A stretch of 12,010 bases of DNA from Methanocellales archaeon (GTDB lineage: Archaea; Halobacteriota; JAWCLZ01). Numbering within the stretch: the stretch's first letter is position 1; each line of letters begins with the position of its first letter. Positions 1-7,360 of the stretch are shown one piece after another. The DNA is taken from the NCBI GenBank assembly GCA_038850285.1, contig JAWCMA010000031.1, forward strand, positions 1 through 12,010, written 5' to 3'. Made by a program: the position numbers and the translations under genes. The notes beneath the pieces are model-generated. The model was not told the DNA's origin, made no database searches, and saw only the letters and a program-made list of their open reading frames with translations.

Positions 1-1
1 G

Positions 2-451
2 AAGAGAATGTCTGGAGAAGCTCCTTTCTACATGCTCGGTCCATTGGTTACAGATATCGCTCCTGGATATGACCATATAACTGCTGCAATTGGCGCAGCC
101 CTTTCAGCTGCATTTGGAGCTGATTTCATATGCTATGTAACTCCTTCTGAACACTTAGGCTTGCCTTTTCCGGAGGATGTTAGAGAAGGTATAATTGCTG
201 CAAGGATAGCAGCTCACGCTGGGGATATGATAAAATATGGCAGAAGAGAGAGGGATAAGGAGATATCCAAGGCAAGAAGAGACATGAACTGGAGCAAGCA
301 GTTCTCACTTGCGATTGATCCCGAGAGAGCTAAAGAGATTAAGGCTAAGCGAGGGAGCACTCGCACTTGCACAATGTGTGGTGAATTCTGCGCAAATTAT
401 ATTCTCAGTGGAATATTTGAAAAAGACCTGAAGGGCTCTGAGAAGGAATAA
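2..451 (+). CDS. thiC: ThiC-family radical SAM enzyme, C-terminal part (phosphomethylpyrimidine synthase or a BzaA/B/F-like paralog); 5'-truncated by the window edge
   Basis: Frame is open from base 2 ([27 protein letters not shown]...). Contains [11 protein letters not shown], the AAH motif and the C-terminal Fe-S motif CTMCGEFC. The ATG at 8 is internal. Confidence 0.85.
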   Translation, partial: KRMSGEAPFYMLGPLVTDIAPGYDHITAAIGAALSAAFGADFICYVTPSEHLGLPFPEDVREGIIAARIAAHAGDMIKYGRRERDKEISKARRDMNWSKQFSLAIDPERAKEIKAKRGSTRTCTMCGEFCANYILSGIFEKDLKGSEKE

Positions 452-944
452 CTAATACACATGTAAGGAAGACTTTCTTGCATATATTGCGCTCAAATTT
501 CAACCTTTTAGCAATCTACTACTTTAGTATATAAGCAGCCTAAGGAGGATAGGACTAAAAATTTAAATTTAGGAAGCGAGGGGATATTTTGATATTTTCA
601 GCACAGGTAGTATATTTGACGAAGATGTGGAAATGGGAAGCAGTTTTTACTCCGCCAAGAAAAGACATTAAAATTAAAATTATAAAAATAAAAAGATACA
701 ATTGTGTACTTGCCCAAGTGGGAAATAGAATTTGTTAGCGGGCAAATTTATAGCCGTGAAATGTTTGCTATTCAAGTTCAATACCCTTAAACCCGCTCAA
801 ATCGTAAATTAACTAGCAAATCGACATAGCTCTCTGTGAAAAGCAACAGCTGTAGATGCGAAGTATGCAGCATAGCATTATATGAAAAAACATTCTTCCC
901 CTGCTCGGCGTTGTGGAAAATGGAATTGCAATGAGCACGATGTC

Positions 945-1043
945 TAATGCGAGGATTGCAAAACTTGGTATTGTCCTGAATACATCCCCTAAAATGCTAC
1001 ATTTGCAATTACTCTTTGTAATTCTGTGCACATATATGCCTAC
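945..1043 (-). pseudogene. Possible decayed fragment of an osmoprotectant (ProW/OpuCB-like) ABC permease
   Basis: Translates as VGIYVHR...ILGDVFRTIPSFAILAL, resembling the G-I-x-x-x-R...(Q/R)TIPS(L/F)A(L/I)LAL segment of these permeases. Flanking sequence does not continue the match. Confidence 0.3.
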
Positions 1044-1181
1044 TCTGAGGCTAGTATATAGTGTAGTAAGCATTCAATCAAGTCGAGTGCGGTAGGTGGG
1101 AATAAGGTGATAATTGCTCAATAACGACCTCAAAATTCTTGATAAAAAAAGTATATTTGCAAAAATGCCTAATATAAATCT

Positions 1182-1829
1182 TTAAATTCTTCTCAGCAGT
1201 TTCTCGGGATTTCGCTTAATCACATCACTGGCTTCCTTTGCTTTCAATCCTGCGCCCATTGCCACTTCTAGGGCTATTTCTCTAGTAATGAAGTCCTCTG
1301 GATCATGGAGATCTGTATTTACCAGTAACCGTGCCCTTGCTTCTTCTGCAATTCTCGCCACGTGTCCATTGCTTCGACTATGCCCATTGCGAGAGGTTAG
1401 CTCTAAATAGATATCATTTTCCCGCGCAATTTCCGCTTCTTCTACTGTAATTAAACCCGGATGTGCTAGGATATGGACATCTGGAAGTGCAACTGCAGTT
1501 CGATTCGTGCCCTTTGCCACTGGCTCTACAAGTGTTTCACCGTGAACGATTATAAGTTCAGAGCCAAGTTTCTTCGCTAGTTTAACTAAGCTTGCAATTT
1601 TAGCAGGAGGCACGTGGGTTAATTCAACGCCCACAATAACCCTTATGTTCAGCTCTCTCTCCATGTTTTTGATTCTCCTCACATTCTTTAAAACAAACTC
1701 GATGTTTGTGAAATCCACGTGATCGGTGATTGCAACCGCTTTATAGCCATGTACAAAGGCTCTTCTCACCAGCTCGCCTGGGATTAGTGAGCCATCGCTA
1801 AAAATCGAATGAGTATGCAGGTCGAACAT
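1182..1829 (-). CDS. PHP-domain phosphoesterase (archaeal histidinol-phosphate-phosphatase-domain family)
   Basis: Metal-binding motifs DLHTHS..SDG, AITDH, GVE, HGET, LAHPG and NTDLH; 215 aa; GAGGG SD-like sequence upstream. Confidence 0.9.
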   Translation of the reverse strand: MFDLHTHSIFSDGSLIPGELVRRAFVHGYKAVAITDHVDFTNIEFVLKNVRRIKNMERELNIRVIVGVELTHVPPAKIASLVKLAKKLGSELIIVHGETLVEPVAKGTNRTAVALPDVHILAHPGLITVEEAEIARENDIYLELTSRNGHSRSNGHVARIAEEARARLLVNTDLHDPEDFITREIALEVAMGAGLKAKEASDVIKRNPEKLLRRI

Positions 1830-1895
1830 AACCCTCTATTTTTCCTTATGATTAATAAATCTGAGCTTTAAGTTCTGAAATTGAAAATTGAAAAT

Positions 1896-2204
1896 TTATT
1901 TCTTCTTGGGCTTTTGAGCAGTAGCCCTGATTGCATTGATCTTCCGCGCTATTTGCTTTGCAATTTGTGTTTTAGGAGCGATGTTTTCCACTTTGATTAG
2001 CCCAGTTTTTTCCCACCAGCTCTTTGGATAGGCTTTTTCCGCTTCTTTCTCGGGATTGAGGTTTAGTTCTCTTGCTGCGAGTTCTATTTCCTCAAGCTTA
2101 GGAGTTGGAACTGCAAGCTGCTTAGGAACTACTCTTCCCTCTCTCCTGCTTTTACTGGAATCAAGATTAGCTGGCCAGATCACCATTTTTCTGTGCCGCT
2201 CCAT
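1896..2204 (-). CDS. srp19: Signal recognition particle 19 kDa protein
   Basis: VIWPANLDSSKSRREGRVVPK..AV..P...EI and KAYPKSWWE..G motifs; 102 aa, basic; SD GAGGAG. Confidence 0.95.
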   Translation of the reverse strand: MERHRKMVIWPANLDSSKSRREGRVVPKQLAVPTPKLEEIELAARELNLNPEKEAEKAYPKSWWEKTGLIKVENIAPKTQIAKQIARKINAIRATAQKPKKK

Positions 2205-2222
2205 TTCTCCTCTTATTTCTCC

Positions 2223-3098
2223 TCATTTCAACGCTGCTCTAGCGATTCCCGCAACTTCAGCGGGAGTTCTGCCAACCTTTATCCCCGCTTTTTCAAAAGC
2301 TTTGATCTTTGCCTCCGCTGTTCCAGTTGAGCCTGAGATTATCGCTCCAGCGTGTCCCATTCGCTTTCCAGGCGGTGCGGTTATACCAGCTACAAAGGCA
2401 ACCACTGGTTTGCTCATATTTTGTTTTATATACACTGCTGCTTCTTCTTCATCAGTGCCGCCTATTTCTCCTATTAGAATTACAAGCTCAGTCTCTCTAT
2501 CTCTCTCAAATCTCTCAAGTATTTCGATGAAGTTTGAGCCAATAACTGGATCACCTCCTATTCCCAAGCACGTGCTCTGGCCTATTCCAAGGCGAGTGAG
2601 ATTGTCAACGATTTGATAAGTCAATGTACCGCTTCTCGAAACAAGTCCCACATTGCCAGGGGTGAATAAATGCCCGGGTAGAATTCCCACTAAACTCTGC
2701 CCTGGTGTTATAATCCCAGGGCAGTTGGGGCCTATTAACACTGGTTTTTTCTCAAGCAATGCAAGTCTCCTGCAGACTTTGAGCATATCCAACGCGGGGA
2801 TTCCCTCGGTTATACATACTATTACATCTATACCTGCATTAGCAGCCTCATAGATCGCATCCACTGCAAATCTCGCGGGCACGAAGATTATGGAGGTATT
2901 TGCTTTCTCATTTTTAACCGCGGCTGCAACGCTATCATAGACTGGAATGCCATTCACTTTAAGTCCTTCCTTGCCAGGTGTAACCCCGGCAACTATCTTT
3001 GTGCCATATGCAAGCATTCGCTGGGTATGGAAAAGTCCTTCTTTACCAGTTATTCCCTGCACCACCACCCTTGTGTCTCTATCGATAAGTATGCTCAT
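2223..3098 (-). CDS. sucD: Succinyl-CoA synthetase alpha subunit
   Basis: [33 protein letters not shown] and the catalytic MGHAGA motif. True start is probably the ATG at 3098 (MSILID), 1 nt after the sucC stop, rather than 3122. Confidence 0.95.
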   Translation of the reverse strand: MSILIDRDTRVVVQGITGKEGLFHTQRMLAYGTKIVAGVTPGKEGLKVNGIPVYDSVAAAVKNEKANTSIIFVPARFAVDAIYEAANAGIDVIVCITEGIPALDMLKVCRRLALLEKKPVLIGPNCPGIITPGQSLVGILPGHLFTPGNVGLVSRSGTLTYQIVDNLTRLGIGQSTCLGIGGDPVIGSNFIEILERFERDRETELVILIGEIGGTDEEEAAVYIKQNMSKPVVAFVAGITAPPGKRMGHAGAIISGSTGTAEAKIKAFEKAGIKVGRTPAEVAGIARAALK

Positions 3099-3099
3099 A

Positions 3100-4236
3100 T
3101 CACTCTCCCTCTGCAATTGCAACTGCTTTTTTAGCGCATTCCTCCATTGTCTCAGCGGTTATTACTTTAACTTGCTTAAGTATCTCTCGGCCTTCTCTTT
3201 CATTTGTACCTGAGAGTCTAATTACTATGGGCACTTTCACTTCCATCGAGGAAAGTACGCTAACGATGCCTTTTGCCACTTCATCGCATCTCGTTATACC
3301 GCCTAAGATGTTGAAGAGCACTACCTTTACATCTGGATCAGCGAGCACGATTTCTAGGCCTTTTCTCACCATATCAGCTGAAGCCCCCCCTCTTAAATCA
3401 AGGAAGTTCGCTGGCCTTCCACCTTCTTGGTGAATTAGATCGAGAGTTGCCATTACCAGTCCAGCGCCATTGCCAAGCACACCTATATTGCCATCTAGCT
3501 TCACATAATTCAAGCCCAACTCGCTGGCTTTCCTTTCAAGTGGGTTGTCCTCGCTTGCTTCCTTGAATTTTAAGAGATCAAGTTGGCGGTAGAGTGCGCT
3601 ATCGTCTATTAACATCTTTGCATCGCTCGCTACGACCTCGCCTTGCTTAGTTACAGCTAGGGGATTTATTTCCACTAGAGAGGCATCTTTTTCCTCGAAG
3701 ATTTGATATAGTGTTTTCAGCACGGCTGCAGCTCTATTAGCAACTCCCCTGCTAATTCCAGCTTTGGCGATGAGCTCTCTAGCTTGATAGTCGTGGAATC
3801 CCCATAGGGGGTCTATGTGCATTTTGGCGATTTTCTCCGGGGTTTTAGCTGCAATTTCCTCTATATCCACTCCACCCATTGAGCTCACTATTGCTACTGG
3901 AAGGCGCTTGCTTCTATCGATGGTAAAGCCGAGGTAGTATTCCTCAGCTATATCCAGTTTTTCCTCAACAAGTACCTTTTCAACTGTTAAGCCCTTGATT
4001 TTCATTCCCAAGATTCTCCTAGCTTGAAACTCAGCTTCTTCGGGGGTGCCTGCAAATGCAATTCCACCTGCTTTGCCCCTTCCCCCGACGTGCACCTGTG
4101 CTTTTATCGCAATAGGTTTATTTATTCTCCTCGCTATTTCCCTTGCTTCCTCAGGCAGCTGAGCCACTTCTCCTCGTGGAATTGGAATTTTATAGCTTGC
4201 GAAGACTTGCTTGGCTTGGTACTCGTGCATCCGCAT
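3100..4236 (-). CDS. sucC: Succinyl-CoA synthetase beta subunit (ATP-grasp)
   Basis: [38 protein letters not shown] and [10 protein letters not shown] motifs; SD GAGGT at 4243-4247 on the minus strand. Confidence 0.95.
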   Translation of the reverse strand: MRMHEYQAKQVFASYKIPIPRGEVAQLPEEAREIARRINKPIAIKAQVHVGGRGKAGGIAFAGTPEEAEFQARRILGMKIKGLTVEKVLVEEKLDIAEEYYLGFTIDRSKRLPVAIVSSMGGVDIEEIAAKTPEKIAKMHIDPLWGFHDYQARELIAKAGISRGVANRAAAVLKTLYQIFEEKDASLVEINPLAVTKQGEVVASDAKMLIDDSALYRQLDLLKFKEASEDNPLERKASELGLNYVKLDGNIGVLGNGAGLVMATLDLIHQEGGRPANFLDLRGGASADMVRKGLEIVLADPDVKVVLFNILGGITRCDEVAKGIVSVLSSMEVKVPIVIRLSGTNEREGREILKQVKVITAETMEECAKKAVAIAEGE

Positions 4237-4249
4237 ATTTAAACCTCGT

Positions 4250-4297
4250 TTTGAGCTATTTACTTTGAGCTATCTATTCAGCTTGTATAAAACTTTG
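4250..4297 (-). promoter_or_regulatory. Putative sucC promoter (BRE CAAAG plus TATA TTTTATAC at 4292-4285) with a 10-bp direct repeat around the predicted start site
   Basis: TTTGAGCTAT occurs at 4250-4259 and 4264-4273 (plus strand). Canonical spacing from the TATA puts the start near 4262. Confidence 0.5.
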
Positions 4298-4414
4298 CTG
4301 AAATTGTTTAGACTGCAATTAAATTAAATCCAAAAAATATAGGAAAATCTTTCTATTATTAACTTATTATTACTTTTTAACTTAACTTTATCAATCAATT
4401 TCAACAGGTGAACT

Positions 4415-4579
4415 ATGACTAAGTGGAAATGCTCGATATGTGGATATATCTATGACTCGGAAATCGGAGATCCTGATGGCAATATAGCAGCTGGAACACC
4501 CTTTGAAGGCCTACCAGCGGACTGGGTATGTCCTGTTTGCGGAGCACCTAAAGAGGCATTTGAAGAAGTTAAGGAATAA
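4415..4579 (+). CDS. rub: Rubredoxin, 54 aa (absent from the ORF track)
   Basis: [54 protein letters not shown]: two CxxCG knuckles and the GTPFE.LP.DW motif; SD AGGTGA at 4406-4411. Confidence 0.97.
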   Translation: MTKWKCSICGYIYDSEIGDPDGNIAAGTPFEGLPADWVCPVCGAPKEAFEEVKE

Positions 4580-4581
4580 AT

Positions 4582-4600
4582 GGAGAACCGCGGGTTCTCC
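4582..4600. terminator. Hairpin between convergent rubredoxin and rpl12; probable bidirectional terminator or 3' stabiliser
   Basis: GGAGAACC-GCG-GGTTCTCC is a perfect 8-bp stem filling 19 of the 21 intergenic bases. A U-rich tract follows on the minus strand. Confidence 0.65.
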
Positions 4601-4924
4601 TTATACGTTGCCGAATAGTGCTCCAAGTCCTTCCATGCCGCTGATTTCTTCCTCCTCCTTCTTTTTCTTCTCCTCTTTCACTTCCTTCGGCTTCTCAGCT
4701 GGCACTGGCTGTGCAGTAGCTGCGGAAGGAGCGGCGGGTGGCGGTGCGAAGGCTGTTTTTGAAATTGCTTCTGATATGTTCACGCCATCGAGGGCAGCTA
4801 CCAATGCTTTTACCCTCGCTGCATCAGGCGTAACTCCAGCTGCTTTTAAAATCGAGTTAACTCCTTCTTCATCGATCTTTCTGCCAGCGCTGTGCAATAT
4901 GAGAGCTGCATATATATATTCCAT
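4601..4924 (-). CDS. rpl12: 50S ribosomal stalk protein L12 (aP1)
   Basis: [12 protein letters not shown]-terminus, Ala/Pro hinge, C-terminal GLGALFG; SD GAGGTG. Confidence 0.97.
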   Translation of the reverse strand: MEYIYAALILHSAGRKIDEEGVNSILKAAGVTPDAARVKALVAALDGVNISEAISKTAFAPPPAAPSAATAQPVPAEKPKEVKEEKKKKEEEEISGMEGLGALFGNV

Positions 4925-4935
4925 TTATAACACCT

Positions 4936-5973
4936 CTATCCAAATAAAGCGCCGAGTCCAGCGGCGCCATTTTCTTCTTCTTTTTCTTTTTCTCTTTCTC
5001 TTCTTTTTTCTTTCTCCTCTATTTTTTCATGTGCTTCAATTTTTACAGCTTTTTCAACTTCATTTTTTACAGCGATTTTGGCTTTTAATTCCTCATCGAT
5101 TGCTTTTATATCAATATTGCTTACAGCACTCGTTAGGGCGAGCATTTGAGAATATCCCTTTAAGAGTAATTCCTCGATAATCGCTTTTTCGAAGATCGCT
5201 GCATTTATCCCTAGATTTCTTGCCTCGATCGCTGCTTTCTGAAGTAAAGGTATGATTATGAGCTTGCTTGGATATGCGATATTCATCGCTAAGTTATATG
5301 CTTGCTGCACTGCTTTAGTGATTTCCGCGCTATATTTAGTTTCATCTATTGCAAGCATCTCGGGTGTGAATATTAAATTATCGCTATATGCAGCGCGCAA
5401 GTTGAGTCCAATTTCCATCGGGAAGATCTCTAAATTCCTCAAAATATCAGCCAGCTTGGGGGAGATTGCTTCACCGGCTTTTGCTACAACTGCTCTATTT
5501 CTAATAACCACCTTTCCCCCTTCAACTCCCGCGGATATCCCCAGTGCTTGAAGCTCGCTTAGCACTGGGCCTGGCTTTAGTGAGGTGGCTCCTTTTTCAA
5601 TGAAAATATCACGTGGGGCAATATCCCCAGGTTTTGCAGGAGCGGGGGTCTTGGTTTTCTCCAGAAGTTTGTTTAACTTGAAGGGGTTGATGTCTGTGAA
5701 TATCAACCCAGTTTGACCTTTGATGTAGCTATCAAGTTTTTTAATCTCCCCATTGCATTCATTTAATGCAATTGATATCAGTGAATTTCTCGCTACTTTG
5801 AGCTTCACTAGTCCACGCAGTTCTGAGCGTATCTTCTGCATTTGATCCGCAGGAATGCCATGCATATCTACGATAGCTAGTGTGGAGTGGTTTTTTATTT
5901 CATTTTTTATCTCCTTAATTTCTTCTCTTTTCCACTTGGGTAAATGAGAGGTTCTTCTGATTTTTTCCTCCAC
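4936..5973 (-). CDS. rpl10: 50S ribosomal protein L10 (uL10/aP0)
   Basis: PKWK, ARNSL, NPFKL, PAPAKPGDIAP.DI and C-terminal GLGALFG; GTG start abuts the rpl1 stop, with SD GGTGA inside the rpl1 3' end. Confidence 0.97.
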   Translation of the reverse strand: MEEKIRRTSHLPKWKREEIKEIKNEIKNHSTLAIVDMHGIPADQMQKIRSELRGLVKLKVARNSLISIALNECNGEIKKLDSYIKGQTGLIFTDINPFKLNKLLEKTKTPAPAKPGDIAPRDIFIEKGATSLKPGPVLSELQALGISAGVEGGKVVIRNRAVVAKAGEAISPKLADILRNLEIFPMEIGLNLRAAYSDNLIFTPEMLAIDETKYSAEITKAVQQAYNLAMNIAYPSKLIIIPLLQKAAIEARNLGINAAIFEKAIIEELLLKGYSQMLALTSAVSNIDIKAIDEELKAKIAVKNEVEKAVKIEAHEKIEEKEKRREREKEKEEENGAAGLGALFG

Positions 5974-6618
5974 TTATATCACCCTAACCGCTTGTCCCAT
6001 TGTGGTCTTGAGATAAATCGATTTCACATTCTGCATTCCTCTCTCAAGTTTGGGTTCAATGCGCTTGAGTACTGCTTCAATGTTATTAATTAGTTCTTCA
6101 ATACTCATTGTTCTAACTCCAATTGAGGTGTGAAATGTAAGGCGATCTCTAGATCTAATTCTAATTGTTTTTCGCAAACGCTCTACGATTGGTAGAATAT
6201 CACTGCTAGGCGAAATTGGTTCAGGCATTTTCCCTCTGGGAGCGAGAATCGAGCCGAGGTTCTTGCCTATGGTTGGCATTAAAGGCGCTTCGGCTATGAA
6301 GAAATCGATGTCTTTTATCAAAGCGCGAAGTTTTTTCTTATCTGCACCTAGCTTGGGGATTTCCTCTGCGCTTATAATTAGATTCACTCCAGCTTTTTCT
6401 GCTTTAAGCGCAGTATCCCCGCGAGCAAAAATGCCAATCTTTATCTCTCTCCCGCATCCGCTTGGGAGAACTATGCTTTCATCAATTCGATTCTTAGGCT
6501 TGCTCATGTCGATGTCTTTTAAGTTAATAGCGAGATCAATGCTTTCTTTAAAATTGCGTTTAGGGGATTTTTCTAGAACTTCTTTCACGGCTTTTTCGAT
6601 TTCCTTTCGACCAATCAT
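5974..6618 (-). CDS. rpl1: 50S ribosomal protein L1 (uL1)
   Basis: RNFKESIDLAINLKDID, LGSILAPRGKMP and KTTMG motifs. Confidence 0.97.
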   Translation of the reverse strand: MIGRKEIEKAVKEVLEKSPKRNFKESIDLAINLKDIDMSKPKNRIDESIVLPSGCGREIKIGIFARGDTALKAEKAGVNLIISAEEIPKLGADKKKLRALIKDIDFFIAEAPLMPTIGKNLGSILAPRGKMPEPISPSSDILPIVERLRKTIRIRSRDRLTFHTSIGVRTMSIEELINNIEAVLKRIEPKLERGMQNVKSIYLKTTMGQAVRVI

Positions 6619-6626
6619 GCCAATCT

Positions 6627-6657
6627 CCGTAGTGCAATCGACTGCCGTCTCCTACGG
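6627..6657 (-). promoter_or_regulatory. uL1-binding mRNA leader (translational autoregulation of rpl1-rpl10-rpl12)
   Basis: mRNA reads CCGUAG-GA-GAC-GGCA-GUC-GAUUGCA-CUACGG: two helices around an asymmetric GA / GA...A loop, the architecture of the 23S-mimicking L1 site. The 3' strand includes the GG of the GGAG SD. Confidence 0.75.
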
Positions 6658-6696
6658 CTTTAACATGCACGAGTTTTAATAAATAAGCAGCATATC

Positions 6697-6710
6697 TATT
6701 TAAAGTTTTT
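6697..6710 (-). promoter_or_regulatory. rpl1 operon promoter (BRE AAAAAC plus TATA TTTAAATA)
   Basis: Consensus archaeal BRE-TATA; predicted start near 6673, just 5' of the leader structure. Confidence 0.65.
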
Positions 6711-6745
6711 GAGCAATTCAATTAAGCGATTATAATCAAATTTTT

Positions 6746-6760
6746 CGAAACCTTATTAAC
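6746..6760 (+). promoter_or_regulatory. Putative carbonic anhydrase promoter (BRE CGAAACC plus TTATTAA)
   Basis: BRE-like CGAAA directly precedes an AT-rich box about 30-38 nt upstream of the ATG at 6791. Confidence 0.5.
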
Positions 6761-6790
6761 CTTCTCACGCTCTATTTAATTGGGATTCGC

Positions 6791-7360
6791 ATGTTGTCTA
6801 AGCTTTTAGAGGGTAATAAGAAGTTCGTTGGGGAGGTATTCGAGAAGGACAAAAAATATTTTGAGGCCCTGGCTAAAGCGCAGAAGCCCTTTGCTCTCTG
6901 GATTGGCTGCTCGGATTCACGTGTGCCTGAGAGTGTTATTACGCAGTGCAAGCCTGGGGAGTTATTTGTGCATCGCAATATTGGCAACATCGTAGCGCTG
7001 AATGACTGGAACTTGAGCGCTGTTTTGGAATATGCGATTAAACATTTGGGGGTCTCGGATATTATCATCTGCGGGCATTACGCTTGCGGTGCTATGAAAG
7101 CGTTGGATAGCGAGCTTGAGGATAGCTATATATCAAGTTGGCTGCTCAATGCTAGGGCTGCTAGGGAGAGGGTGGAGGAGAAACTTAAAGTTGAAGGAGG
7201 AGAGAGGGGGAAATTGATTGTTGAGGAAAATGTGCTGCTTCAACTGGAGCATTTAAGAGAGCACCCTGTGGTTAAATCTGCTTTGAAGCAGCGGAAGCTG
7301 CATTTGCATGGTTGGGTCTATGACATTTATTCAGGGAGGATAAAGGTTATTGTGGATTGA
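6791..7360 (+). CDS. can: Beta-class carbonic anhydrase (Can/CynT type)
   Basis: Zn ligands in WIGCSDSRVP and CGHYACG; also PGELFVHRNIGN and LHGWVYD. Confidence 0.93.
   Translation: MLSKLLEGNKKFVGEVFEKDKKYFEALAKAQKPFALWIGCSDSRVPESVITQCKPGELFVHRNIGNIVALNDWNLSAVLEYAIKHLGVSDIIICGHYACGAMKALDSELEDSYISSWLLNARAARERVEEKLKVEGGERGKLIVEENVLLQLEHLREHPVVKSALKQRKLHLHGWVYDIYSGRIKVIVD

Noticed and set aside
559-598. AAATTTAAATTT palindrome and GATATTTT tandem
   Set aside because: Expected by chance in AT-rich DNA and no downstream gene to regulate.
625-738. 37-codon ORF MWKWEAVFTPPRKDIKIKIIKIKRYNCVLAQVGNRIC
   Set aside because: No well-placed SD; the KI-rich part comes from a low-complexity A/T tract; no recognisable family.
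813-1095. ORFs 813-1073 (-) and 913-1095 (+) as intact genes
   Set aside because: They overlap each other, have atypical composition and no SD; at most they contain short decayed fragments, reported separately.
3099-3122. N-terminal extension MQLQRESD on SucD
   Set aside because: Overlaps the end of sucC; the ATG at 3098 matches the family N-terminus and has an SD.
2056-4242. Plus-strand ORFs at 2056, 2309, 2653, 2947, 3227 and 4024
   Set aside because: Antisense shadows of srp19, sucD and sucC.
4503-5180. 225-aa plus-strand ORF with Phe/Ser/Leu runs
   Set aside because: Out of frame with rubredoxin and antisense to the Lys/Glu-rich tails of rpl12 and rpl10, which explains the composition.
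6540-6600. Methanococcus-type L1 binding site inside the rpl1 coding region
   Set aside because: I see no complementary helix in this interval; the site is in the leader instead.
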